NCBI GenBank assembly: GCA_963666345.1
Contig: OY762721.1
Location: forward strand, 32,001 to 96,000
Length of the DNA stretch: 64,000 nucleotides
Direction of reading: 5' to 3'
Source: Desulfatiglandales bacterium
Lineage (GTDB): Bacteria; Desulfobacterota; DSM-4660; Desulfatiglandales; Desulfatiglandaceae
Shown: piece by piece, positions 1 to 9,666 of the stretch
How the letters are laid out: each line of letters begins with the position of its first letter
Position numbering within the stretch: the stretch's first letter is position 1
The notes under the pieces: generated by a model
The model's database searches: none
What the model was told of the DNA's origin: nothing
What the model saw: the letters and a program-made list of their open reading frames with translations, nothing else
Program-made: the position numbers and the translations under genes

Positions 1-2
1 AT

Positions 3-815
3 ATCGAACAGTACAAAGACTCACTCCGGGGGCTTATATATGAAGGCGGCGGCATGAGACTCAACACGATGCTTGCAAAAAGGGCAAAGGACCTGGGGAT
101 AGACATATGTTCAGGCTGGGGCATGACGGAGGTCTATACCAAGGTCGGACTTCAGTACCTCAAACCGCATATGTTCGACTGGCCCGAGGAGAAGAAGATT
201 GAGTTTCTGAGCGGAACCGGTATGGCGCCTCCTTTTGTGGAACAGAGGGTAGTCGATGAACAGGGAAAGCATGTGCCGAAAGACGGAAAGACGGTAGGTG
301 AAATCGTTCTCAGGGCCCCTTGGCTTACCATGGGTTACTACGGTGAGCAGGAAAAATCTGAAGAGCTGTGGAGGCATGGATGGATGCATTCCGGAGACAT
401 GGCCACTATTGATTCAGAGGAAAGTGTGCTGATCATAGACCGGTCCAAGGATGTCATAAAAAGCGGAGGAGAATGGATCTCGAGCCTTACCCTGGAAAAC
501 CTTATAAACATGCACCCCAAGGTCCAGGAAGTGGCTGTGTTCGGAGCACAGTCGGAAAAATGGGGTGAAAGGCCTGTGGTCCTCCTGGTGCCGGGGGAAA
601 AATACAAAGATAACATAACCGAAGAGGAAATGAAGGAGCACCTGTACCAATACGTGGACGAGGGTAAAATTTTAAAATGGTGGATACCTGAACGGTTTGT
701 ATTCCTTGACAAGATACCTCGAACGAGCGTCGGAAAGTTCGATAAAAAGGTCATGCGGAAACAGTATGGTGATATACTGGATAAAAACAATGCCGGGACA
801 AAGTTAAGGAAATAG
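3..815 (+). CDS. Acyl-CoA synthetase / fatty-acid-CoA ligase (AlkK/DmdB-like), 5' end outside the window
   Basis: Frame is open from position 3 (IEQYKDSLRGLIYEGGGMRL...). ANL-family motifs GWGMTE, GWMHSGD, DRSKDVIKSGGEWISS and PRTSVGKFDKK. Confidence 0.9.
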   Translation: MEQYKDSLRGLIYEGGGMRLNTMLAKRAKDLGIDICSGWGMTEVYTKVGLQYLKPHMFDWPEEKKIEFLSGTGMAPPFVEQRVVDEQGKHVPKDGKTVGEIVLRAPWLTMGYYGEQEKSEELWRHGWMHSGDMATIDSEESVLIIDRSKDVIKSGGEWISSLTLENLINMHPKVQEVAVFGAQSEKWGERPVVLLVPGEKYKDNITEEEMKEHLYQYVDEGKILKWWIPERFVFLDKIPRTSVGKFDKKVMRKQYGDILDKNNAGTKLRK

Positions 816-823
816 AATTACAT

Positions 824-2359
824 ATGGAAAAGATCAAAGGGCTTCAAAAGAAAAAAAATGCCATTATCAAAGGGCTTGATCCTGATGCGAAGAAAAGGGC
901 CTTTTACGATAAAGGTATGTTTCCGCCCAGAGAGAGAATTGCCAGACTTCTTGATGAGGGCACGTTCAACGAACTGGATATGCTTGCGACTCATCATTAT
1001 ACGGAATTTGGCATGGACAAGAAAAAAATCCCGGCCGAGGGAGTGATTACCGGATTCGGGGAAATCAACGGAAGAAAGGTGGCTCTTTATGCCCAGGATT
1101 TTTCAGCCCTTGGAGGCACCTACGGTGATATGCACGGAAGAAAGATATGCGCAATAATGGACCTGGCGGCAGAGGCCGGTGTTCCCGTAATCGGCATATG
1201 CCACTCGGGTGGACTTAGGCTTCATGAAACTCTTGGCCCTATGGAGATGTTCGGGCAACTTTTCAAAAGAAATAGTATATACTCGGGGGTCGTTCCGCAG
1301 ATATCAATCATCCTCGGAGTCGTGGCAGGCGGCCAGGCCTATTCCCCGGGGCTTACAGACTTTGTACTAATGACTGAGAGAAGTTCTATATACATAGCCG
1401 GTCCGGCATTTGTCAAGGCTCAGACCGGTCAGGAGATAAGCGACCGGGAGCTTGGAGGCGGTGCGATGCACGCCGGAACGAGCGGGCTGGTGGACCTCCT
1501 CGCCAATGACGAGGAAGAGATCTTTCAAGAGGCACGAAAACTTTTCGAGTTTCTTCCTCTTAACTGCCGGGAGTCGCCCCCAGTCCTGCCATGTGACGAC
1601 GACCCTGAAAGAAGAGACGAGTCTCTTAACGCTGTCGCACCCGAAGAGTCTTTCAGACCCTTTGACATGCATAAGGTCATAAATCGGGTGCTTGACAGGT
1701 CGTCGTTTTTTGAGACAAAACAGTTATTCGCAAAAAATATGATCACAGGTTTCGGCCGTCTTTCCGGACGAACCGTGGGGATCGTTGCAAACCAGCCCGA
1801 TTGTCTCGGAGGGGTCATTGACATAAAGGCGGCTGAAAAGGCCGCCCGCTTCGTGAGGTTTTGCGATGCATTTAATATCCCGATTGTTACTTTTCAGGAC
1901 TCCCCCGCCTATCTCATCGGAAAAGATATGGAGGAAGGGGGGATGATATACAAAGGAGCAAAGCTTCTACACGCGTATGCAGAGGCGACCGTTCCCATGA
2001 TAACCGTGATTATAAGAAAGGCTTATGCAGGTGCATATATTGCCATGGGAAGTCAATACATAGGTGCCGATCTCGTTTATGCATGGCCTGGAGCAGAAAT
2101 ATCAAGCGTGTCTCCCAAGACCGCTGCAAGCATTCTTTTCAGAAATGATATTGAAGATGCTGATGAGGAAAGTATCAGGCAATTGCATAACGATTACTAT
2201 GAAAATTATGTGAATCCTTTCAAGGCGGCCTCACTTAGACATATAAATGATATAATCGAACCGGCCGATACAAGACCGGTTATAATAAAGGCACTTTGCC
2301 TGCTTGAAAACAAAAAACAGATAAGGCCTTACAGAAAACATGGCAATATACCGCTATAA
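824..2359 (+). CDS. Acyl-CoA carboxylase/decarboxylase carboxyltransferase (beta) subunit, divergent PccB/MmdA family
   Basis: Motifs RERIARLLD, GVITGFG, QDFSALGG, GIVANQP, KAARFVRFCDAFNIP and C-terminal RKHGNIPL. Confidence 0.92.
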   Translation: MEKIKGLQKKKNAIIKGLDPDAKKRAFYDKGMFPPRERIARLLDEGTFNELDMLATHHYTEFGMDKKKIPAEGVITGFGEINGRKVALYAQDFSALGGTYGDMHGRKICAIMDLAAEAGVPVIGICHSGGLRLHETLGPMEMFGQLFKRNSIYSGVVPQISIILGVVAGGQAYSPGLTDFVLMTERSSIYIAGPAFVKAQTGQEISDRELGGGAMHAGTSGLVDLLANDEEEIFQEARKLFEFLPLNCRESPPVLPCDDDPERRDESLNAVAPEESFRPFDMHKVINRVLDRSSFFETKQLFAKNMITGFGRLSGRTVGIVANQPDCLGGVIDIKAAEKAARFVRFCDAFNIPIVTFQDSPAYLIGKDMEEGGMIYKGAKLLHAYAEATVPMITVIIRKAYAGAYIAMGSQYIGADLVYAWPGAEISSVSPKTAASILFRNDIEDADEESIRQLHNDYYENYVNPFKAASLRHINDIIEPADTRPVIIKALCLLENKKQIRPYRKHGNIPL

Positions 2360-2514
2360 TTATCGCCTGGGCCGGGACGATTAATTTCTTAATCTCACAT
2401 AATGAGTTTGTGACAACTTATTATAATCGTTGTGGTTTGATGCCTTTTAACAGGGATGCCACAAAATTTTATCGCCTTTAGCCCATCGTGATTGGTTTCT
2501 ATTGGAGGTAGTAG

Positions 2515-3687
2515 ATGGATTTTGAATTTACCGAGGAAATAAAGGCCATTCAAGAAACGGCAAGGATATTCGCCCGCAAAGAAATCCTTCCCAGGGTGTC
2601 AAAGGATGAACAGGAGCACCTCTTTCAGCGGGATATTATAAAAAAGATGGCTGAACTGGGATTTTTCGGCTGCCCTATACCTGAAGAATACGGCGGATCA
2701 GGCCTCGGATTTCTGGCTCACGCCGTGGTAACCGAGGAAATTTCAAGAGTAAGCGGATCGGTCAGGGCCGCATTCAACATGCAGACAATGGGAACGGCCA
2801 GGGAGATATCCCAGTTTGGAACCGTAGATCAAAAGCAAAGATATATCAAAGGACTTGTAAGTGCTGAAAAGCTGGGATGCATCGGTATAACCGAAGCAAA
2901 CGCAGGTTCCGATGTGGGTGCCATAAAGACAAGCGCTGAGAAAAAGGGGGACAGGTATATCCTGAAAGGATCAAAGAACTGGATTACCTACGCCCAGGTT
3001 GCCGATATCGGTATCATATATGCCTACACGGATCCCTCTGTTCGCTATAAAGGAATGTCGGCATTCATCGTTGAACTTGACTCAAAAGGAGTAAGTTCAG
3101 GGCCGAGCGCTTCAAAGATGGGCTGGAATTCATGCCCCACCGGGGAACTTTTCTTTGACGACGTGGAGGTGCCGCGTGAAAACCTTCTTGGAGGTGAAGA
3201 AGGCAAAGGTTTCGAACATGTAATGTCAAGCCTGAACAATACCAGGCTGACAGCTGCCGCCGGTGCCGTGGGTGTCTGTCAGGGTCTCATAGATGAGACG
3301 AAGTTATACGCGACTCAGAGGGAACAGTTCGGCAAAGAGATAGGTGAATTTCAGATGGTGCAGGAGGAACTGGCCCGTATGCTGGTCGAAACAGAAGCGG
3401 CGCGGCTGATGGTCTACAAATCCGCTGCCCAGAAAGACAATGGAAACACCGGAAACGTGCTTGAGACGGTGATGGCCAAGTATTACTCCTGTGACGTAGC
3501 CTCCAGGGTTGCTGACAGTGCTTTAAGGCTTATGGGGGCATACGGCTATTCAACCGAGTACCCTGTAGAAAGGATGTTCAGAGAGGCAAAACTTTACCAG
3601 ATCCTGGAAGGATCCGCAAATGTCGGTAAGATGATAATAGCTACCGATGCCTTGGGCTACAGGAGGGCGAACAGGCAGACAGTGTAA
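2515..3687 (+). CDS. Acyl-CoA dehydrogenase resembling non-decarboxylating glutaryl-CoA dehydrogenase (Acd type)
   Basis: ACAD motifs IPEEYGG, ITEANAGSD, REQFGKEIG. The C-terminus GAYGYSTEYPV...EGSAN.KMIIA.D.LG.R.ANR matches my recollection of the Desulfococcus enzyme. SD GGAGG upstream. Confidence 0.85.
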   Translation: MDFEFTEEIKAIQETARIFARKEILPRVSKDEQEHLFQRDIIKKMAELGFFGCPIPEEYGGSGLGFLAHAVVTEEISRVSGSVRAAFNMQTMGTAREISQFGTVDQKQRYIKGLVSAEKLGCIGITEANAGSDVGAIKTSAEKKGDRYILKGSKNWITYAQVADIGIIYAYTDPSVRYKGMSAFIVELDSKGVSSGPSASKMGWNSCPTGELFFDDVEVPRENLLGGEEGKGFEHVMSSLNNTRLTAAAGAVGVCQGLIDETKLYATQREQFGKEIGEFQMVQEELARMLVETEAARLMVYKSAAQKDNGNTGNVLETVMAKYYSCDVASRVADSALRLMGAYGYSTEYPVERMFREAKLYQILEGSANVGKMIIATDALGYRRANRQTV

Positions 3688-4323
3688 TGCCAGGAATATT
3701 TTGCTTGACTAGGCCATTTAAATATCAATATATTACATGAAAATGCTCATTAAATTCATAGGTTATATGTCTTTTTCGGTTTAATCGCCTGGATTTCCTC
3801 TTCTCTTCTCTTTTTTCTGCCTTTAGCTCCTATCAGGCGAAACAAGTAACCCTAACGTCTACACCCTGGTTACAAAGATCGTTAGTGCTGTCTGTCATCA
3901 AAACCCCTTGGAATTTGACGAGTGGTCCTGCAGGCATTGGTTTCGGTTTATATGTCGCTCTTGCCTTGGTTGAGGGGGCCCATCAAAATAAATCTGTTTC
4001 ATTATAAGGGGTAAATTCCAAGACGCTTTTATTTTATCCATAAACATATAGGCTTAAAAAAAGAAGCACTCTTGACATATCCTAATCAGTTATGTAGTGG
4101 TATAACAACAGACATTACAAAATGACACAGCGCTTTCATCAAAACCAGCATTAAGACAACGCAAAGGGGGTGGTAAGTCCTCTTAGGAGGTTGGTTTATT
4201 TACCTTTCTGTTTCCTTATGCTTCAGCAATAAGACTTCCAGCCGCTTTTAAGAGCGGGAAGAATCTGTTTGCGTATCAGGAAACAGGTCTCAAATCATTC
4301 ACACCCAAGAAAGGGGGATCATT

Positions 4324-5376
4324 ATGGTAAAGGCATCAAATAAACACACATACGTTACCCTTTTGTTATCCTTAACCATCATTGCGGCTCTTCTTTTCAG
4401 CCTCGCTCCTCAAGCAACAGCAGGAAAAGTACATGAATGGAATTTCTCCCTGTGGGGCGGAAAAAGGGCGTGGAGTTCACCCCTTCATGAATGGGCGGCA
4501 GATATTGAGAAATTTACCAACGGCGGCTGGAAAATCAAACTCCATTATGGAGGAGTTCTGTCACCTCCCAAAGAAAACTGGGACGGAATAAGGGCTGGAA
4601 TGTTCGAGGCGGCGGGGATATGCTGCGCCTATCAGCCAGGTAAAAACCCCCTGCATACCGTAAGCGAACTTCCTTTTATCGCACCTACAGAGAATCGGGA
4701 TATTATACAGATGATGGTGGAGTTGTGGAAGCACCCTGCGCTCAAAAAGGAACTGATGAAATGGAATGCCGTTCCTCTGCTTCCAAGCGCATTGTGCCAG
4801 TATCACATCATGGGCAATAAGCCGGTAAGGACCGTAGCGGATTTGAAAGGTTACAGGATCAGAATGGGAGGAGAAATTGCCAAAGTATTGAAGGAGTTTG
4901 GAGCCGTACCGACCCTGGTTCCCGCTCCCGAAGTATATGAGGCGGTATCCAGAGGCACCATCGATGGCGCGGGTTTCCCCTATACCTATGGCTACGGTGC
5001 GTTCAAGACCTATGAAGTTTCCAAGTATTTGACCATCCCGATGTCTCTTGGAACCATGTCTTGTATCTATGTGGCCAACAAGGATGCCTGGGATGCACTG
5101 CCGGCGGAATGGAAGAAATACCACATGGAGAAATGGTACTACAAAGCACCGGAGATATGGCATCAGGAATTTAAGAAGGCGGATGACAAGTGGATCCCGA
5201 TCTTCAAAAAGCATCTGGAGTTCATAGATTTTCCGAACTCGGAAAGAGAAAAACTGGTTGCCAAGGCCAAAGAGGTCTATGAGAAATGGATTAAGGCTCG
5301 AGAAAAAGAGGGCCTTCCCGGAAGGGACGTCCTTAACTATTACCTGGAAAAAAGAAAAGAATTGATAGGACAATAG
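4324..5376 (+). CDS. dctP: TRAP transporter substrate-binding protein
   Basis: Signal peptide; ELPF, DLKGYRIR and EVYEAVSRGTIDG motifs; followed by dctQM. Confidence 0.92.
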   Translation: MVKASNKHTYVTLLLSLTIIAALLFSLAPQATAGKVHEWNFSLWGGKRAWSSPLHEWAADIEKFTNGGWKIKLHYGGVLSPPKENWDGIRAGMFEAAGICCAYQPGKNPLHTVSELPFIAPTENRDIIQMMVELWKHPALKKELMKWNAVPLLPSALCQYHIMGNKPVRTVADLKGYRIRMGGEIAKVLKEFGAVPTLVPAPEVYEAVSRGTIDGAGFPYTYGYGAFKTYEVSKYLTIPMSLGTMSCIYVANKDAWDALPAEWKKYHMEKWYYKAPEIWHQEFKKADDKWIPIFKKHLEFIDFPNSEREKLVAKAKEVYEKWIKAREKEGLPGRDVLNYYLEKRKELIGQ

Positions 5377-5382
5377 ACCATA

Positions 5383-5419
5383 AAAGACGCCGGAGGAGTT
5401 TCAATCCTCCGGCATCTTT
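5383..5419 (+). terminator. Hairpin between dctP and dctQ (partial terminator or mRNA stabiliser)
   Basis: AAAGACGCCGGAGGA-GTTTCAA-TCCTCCGGCATCTTT inverted repeat directly after the dctP stop. Confidence 0.65.
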
Positions 5420-5451
5420 GAGTCGGAAGAACAGAACCATATGAGGATGAA

Positions 5452-6030
5452 ATGACAAATGAAAAAGATGCCCCTCAGGAGATACTGGATCAACCTGCAT
5501 GGAAACGTTGGGGCCTTGTAAGGGTAATCAACAGCAAGGTCAGGATAGTTGAAGATTGGCTCAATCTCTGCTCGGTTTTCATAATTATGTTCCTCATGTT
5601 TTTTGCAACTGCAGAGATCATAGGCCGCTATGTCTTTAACTTTCCTATTCCGGGCCACGTCGAGATAGTCGAGCTCATAATGGCGGGTATCGTGTTCCTC
5701 GGCATAGCATATACTCAGCGGGTGGGTGGGCACATCAGGATGGAACTCTTTGTCACGCAGGTCCTTAAAGGCAGGGGCTATCATATGGCTGAAATCATTA
5801 CCTCCACCCTATCCCTGTTCGTATATATATTCATAATGTATTATTCCTTCAGGAGTACACTTTATTCTATGGAAGTCGGAGATACTACCGCTTACCTTTA
5901 TTGGCCCACATGGCCGTCAAAAATGCTTATACCCATAGGCTGCCTTTTTCTGTGCATTCGATTCATGATAGAGATCATTCAGCACCTGTGCCAGTTCATT
6001 GCCGGAACTGAGATGAGAAACCTTGATTAG
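5452..6030 (+). CDS. dctQ: TRAP transporter small permease
   Basis: About 4 TM segments; GRYVFNFPIPG and GGHIRMEL motifs. Confidence 0.9.
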   Translation: MTNEKDAPQEILDQPAWKRWGLVRVINSKVRIVEDWLNLCSVFIIMFLMFFATAEIIGRYVFNFPIPGHVEIVELIMAGIVFLGIAYTQRVGGHIRMELFVTQVLKGRGYHMAEIITSTLSLFVYIFIMYYSFRSTLYSMEVGDTTAYLYWPTWPSKMLIPIGCLFLCIRFMIEIIQHLCQFIAGTEMRNLD

Positions 6031-6048
6031 ATACCGGGAGGATAGCTT

Positions 6049-7353
6049 TTGGAACCAATAACAATGGGTATATTTGGCCTTTCAGCCATCTTTATCCTTG
6101 TAGTGCTGGGAATGAGAATCGCCTTTGCCACAGCCCTTGTAGGTTTTGTCGGAATATGGTCCATGAAAAATATCGTGGTGGCAGGCAAAGTGCTCGGCTT
6201 TCTGCCTCATGCCATAGTAGCGCACTACTCACTGAGCGTCATCCCTCTTTTTATCATTATGGGATATTATGCGTACTACGCAGGCTTGACCGATGACATA
6301 TTTCATACGGCCAGACAGTGGATCGGCCACCTGCCCGGAGGGCTGGCCATAGCGACCGTATTCGGATGCGCGGGTTTTGCCGCATGCACAGGCGCCAGCA
6401 CGGCATCGGCTGCCATAATGGGAAGGGTAGCCATCCCTGAAATGAGGAAGTATGGATATCACCCCCGGCTTGCTGCCGGTGTTGTAGCAGCCAGCGGCAC
6501 CCTGGCATCACTAATCCCCCCGAGTGTCGTATTGGTGATATATGGAATAATAACAGAGCAGTCAATCGGTGCTCTGCTAATAGGCGGTTTCATACCTGGT
6601 GTAATATCCGCCGTCATTTATGCGGGCATGATATATGCCAGAGTAAAGATAACGCCTGAACTCGGTAAGTTGCAACCTGCGGTTTCCTGGGGGGAAAGGT
6701 TCAGGTCCCTGAAGGGGACATGGGGCGTGATGTTGCTGATAATACTTATCGTAGGGGGGATCTATTCGGGGGTGTTTACCCCCACCGAGGCTGGGGGGGC
6801 AGGGGCATTTGGTGCCTTTCTAATGGCCCTGGCCATGAGAAGACTTACATTGGCCAGGTTCAAAGAGTCCCTCCTTGAAACAGGCCATACCACAATCATG
6901 ATTTTTTCCATAATAGTCGGAGTGCTCATATTCGTAAGGTTCCTTGCCCTTACGGGGCTTCCCAGGGAGTTTTCCGAGTTTGTACTGGAGCTTCCCCTGC
7001 CGCCTATTGTGGTGATTTTCATGATTCTAGGGATATATGTTTTTCTTGGAATGTTTCTTGATGCCATAGGGATGATGATGCTCACTCTTCCTATTGTTTT
7101 CCCCTCGGTCGTTGCCCTCGGGTTTGACCCTATATGGTTCGGGATAATTCTTGTAAAGATGTGCGAAATCTGTCTTATAACTCCTCCGGTTGGGCTTAAC
7201 GTCTATATCGTGAGAAGCGTTGCCCCTGACATCCCGCTGGAAGAGATATTCAGAGGGATAATCCCTTTTCTTGCAATGGATATACTAACTGTTATACTCT
7301 TTGTCTTGTTCCCTCAGATTATTACCTTTCTGCCGGGCAAGATGGGAATGTAG
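6049..7353 (+). CDS. dctM: TRAP transporter large permease
   Basis: IPLFIIMG, GTLASLIPPS, FTPTEAG and ITPPVGLN motifs; TTG start after a GGAGG SD. Confidence 0.93.
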   Translation: MEPITMGIFGLSAIFILVVLGMRIAFATALVGFVGIWSMKNIVVAGKVLGFLPHAIVAHYSLSVIPLFIIMGYYAYYAGLTDDIFHTARQWIGHLPGGLAIATVFGCAGFAACTGASTASAAIMGRVAIPEMRKYGYHPRLAAGVVAASGTLASLIPPSVVLVIYGIITEQSIGALLIGGFIPGVISAVIYAGMIYARVKITPELGKLQPAVSWGERFRSLKGTWGVMLLIILIVGGIYSGVFTPTEAGGAGAFGAFLMALAMRRLTLARFKESLLETGHTTIMIFSIIVGVLIFVRFLALTGLPREFSEFVLELPLPPIVVIFMILGIYVFLGMFLDAIGMMMLTLPIVFPSVVALGFDPIWFGIILVKMCEICLITPPVGLNVYIVRSVAPDIPLEEIFRGIIPFLAMDILTVILFVLFPQIITFLPGKMGM

Positions 7354-7748
7354 GCTCCCCCGGTTTCTTCACCGGGCTGGGGTATATGACCAGCCATCCC
7401 CCTTTTCAAAGGGGGATGTTGCCGCCCCGCATTATTCGATAAGAAATTTGTTCAATAGACAGAATGACTAACCCAAACCGGTAAGCAAGGGTTGCTGTTG
7501 CCTAAGGGATATGATTTTATCTTATAATTTGGCTGCAAACAACTTTTCCTCCGGCAATGTCTTGGATGCACGATTGACAAAATGTTTTATTACGAGCAAT
7601 TGGCATCGAAAAGTTCTTAAAGCAAAAGAGGGAATTGGGCTTCTTGAGAAATTATATTTACACGAAATTTTCCTTCGTATATATTGTTTCAATCATTAAA
7701 GATTAACAAGCGCCGGAAGTTTAAATCACTCATTTTTGCTGGAAAGCC

Positions 7749-8213
7749 ATGAAAAGACTCAACCCCGAATATGTAAGAGCTGCGACAAAACTGGTTAACG
7801 GTAATCCATACTTCAATCTCCTTTCAATGGAAATGAAAGGCTTTGAACTTGAAAGTTGCACCATGGAGGTGGAGATTCAAAAAAAACACCTCCAGAATTT
7901 CGGCATCGTTCATGGAGGAGTTTGTTCATCTCTTGTCGATGCCGCGGCTTTCTGGGCCGTTTATCCTCAGATAGAAGAAGGCCTTGGAATGATAACTGTC
8001 GAACTGAAGATAAACTTCCTTGCCCGTGCCATGAGCGGATATCTTACGGCCAGGGGAAAAAGCATAAAGGTGGGGAATACGATCTGCCTTGGTGAGGCTA
8101 CGGTTGAAAATAATCAAGGAAGGCTTCTTGCACACGGGACTTCGACAATGATGGTATTAAAAGACCTGGGTATTAAGGGGAGTGAAAGGTTTCCTCCGAA
8201 ATTTCTCGATTGA
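7749..8213 (+). CDS. PaaI-family (hotdog fold) thioesterase
   Basis: QNFGIVHGGVCSSLVD and TVELKINFL motifs. Confidence 0.9.
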   Translation: MKRLNPEYVRAATKLVNGNPYFNLLSMEMKGFELESCTMEVEIQKKHLQNFGIVHGGVCSSLVDAAAFWAVYPQIEEGLGMITVELKINFLARAMSGYLTARGKSIKVGNTICLGEATVENNQGRLLAHGTSTMMVLKDLGIKGSERFPPKFLD

Positions 8214-8260
8214 TTTTTAATTTCAGGTTCAATTTTTTTGTCTCTATGTGAGAGGTTTTC

Positions 8261-8818
8261 ATGGATAAATTGATTCAAGATACTCATCCTTTCCGGTTAC
8301 CTTATTTTTTAAGGTGCGTAAGAGGGGTACTTTGTTTTCTGTTTCTGTTTATCCCGGAAAGCGGATCGTGCGGGCAATTCATGATTTATGAGGTGCTGAA
8401 CGGAGGCACAGTCATGGCAGGTGGATACGACCTGAACTGTCTTCCCTGAAAGGATATTGCCGTTGAGGTCGGTCTGGCCGGAATTGAAACACCTGGTGCC
8501 TCATCCGATAATACCCTGACCAGACATGTTTCCATGTTGGGACAAGAATTTCTCTCGGACATGCTGCTTGATGAAATTGTAGAGATAAAGGGCTATGGGC
8601 TGGGCAGGGATGATGTCCTTCTGGGCGTTATTTTTCTTGAAGGGGCAAATGTAAATCTGGAAATGCTTAGAAGGGGACTGGCAAGAGTGAGCTGTGACAT
8701 GCCCCCCCAAGACTTTGACCTTGCGCCTTACATGTCCGCACAAATGGAAGCAAAAAGGGGTAAACGGGGGATCTGGGCTAAGTCATCTGAACTCTCCCCA
8801 CTCCGTTCAAACAACTGA
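8261..8818 (+). pseudogene. Thermonuclease (SNase-like) gene interrupted by an in-frame TGA at 8447-8449
   Basis: ORFs 8261-8449 and 8534-8818 share a frame. The linker reads KDIAVEVGLAGIETPG. The C-terminus NVNLEMLRRGLA...EAKRGKRGIW is SNase-like, but catalytic motifs are degenerate. Confidence 0.7.
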
Positions 8819-9655
8819 TTCAAGCATCCTGTCCTTATGCTCGGATTTCAGGGAAAGTATCGACCTGGCTTCATCAGGGGATGCCGGTTCCCTGCCTGTC
8901 TCGTTGGCAATACGAACTATCTTTTCTACAAGAAGCGGGTTTGAGGCGTGTGATCCGTCAGGCATAAACAGATTGTCTTCCATTCCCACCCTGACATGAC
9001 CTCCCATGATGGTTGCTGCCGCTGCCATATTTATCTGTGCCCTGCCTATGCCTGCGACCGTCCAGGTCGAACCTTGAGGTATGGAATCGGATAAGAACTG
9101 GAGGTTCTTTACTGTGGCAGCCATAGCTCCCGGAACGCCCAGAACAAAATTAAAGTGAAGCGGCAGATTGAGAAGACCTTGTTTCTGAAGGTAAAGCGCG
9201 TTCGTTATCATTCCGGTTTCGAAGATTTCTATTTCAGGTTTTACGCCCGTTTCAAGAAACACGCGTGAAAGGTATTCAATGAACTGAGGTGAATTTTCAT
9301 AGATAATCCCAGGCATATTGTTGGAACCGGTAGTAATGGATGCCATTTCAGGCAATAGTCGTATCGGGTTGGCTCTTGCCTCCCAGTCTTTGCCTGCCCT
9401 GGCACCTGTAGAGAGCTGGATTATTACATCCGGGCAGACGGCCTTTATCCTTTTGGCTATCTCCCTGTAATACGATATCTCAAGGGTAGGGGCAGACATA
9501 TCGTCCCTGGCGTGAACATGAAACAGTGACGCCCCTGCATCGGCGCACCGCTTGACATCATCTGCGATCTCCCGCGCGCTGACAGGCAGATGGGGATTCA
9601 TTTCTTTGGTAGGAACATTGCCGGTAAGGGCAACGGTGATAACAAGCTTTTCCAT
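8807..9655 (-). CDS. Beta-keto acid cleavage enzyme (Kce/DUF849 family)
   Basis: MEKLVITVALTG start, HVHARD Zn ligands, QLSTG and GGHVRVGMEDN. Start placed at 9655 after an AAGGA SD, which avoids overlap with the MFS gene. Confidence 0.9.
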   Translation of the reverse strand: MEKLVITVALTGNVPTKEMNPHLPVSAREIADDVKRCADAGASLFHVHARDDMSAPTLEISYYREIAKRIKAVCPDVIIQLSTGARAGKDWEARANPIRLLPEMASITTGSNNMPGIIYENSPQFIEYLSRVFLETGVKPEIEIFETGMITNALYLQKQGLLNLPLHFNFVLGVPGAMAATVKNLQFLSDSIPQGSTWTVAGIGRAQINMAAAATIMGGHVRVGMEDNLFMPDGSHASNPLLVEKIVRIANETGREPASPDEARSILSLKSEHKDRMLESVV

Positions 9656-9666
9656 CTCTTTTTCCT

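Noticed and set aside
8447..8490. Selenocysteine read-through of the TGA in the SNase-like gene
   Set aside because: The TGA is not at a position where this family has Cys. It lies in an apparent insertion, and the downstream hairpin is weak.
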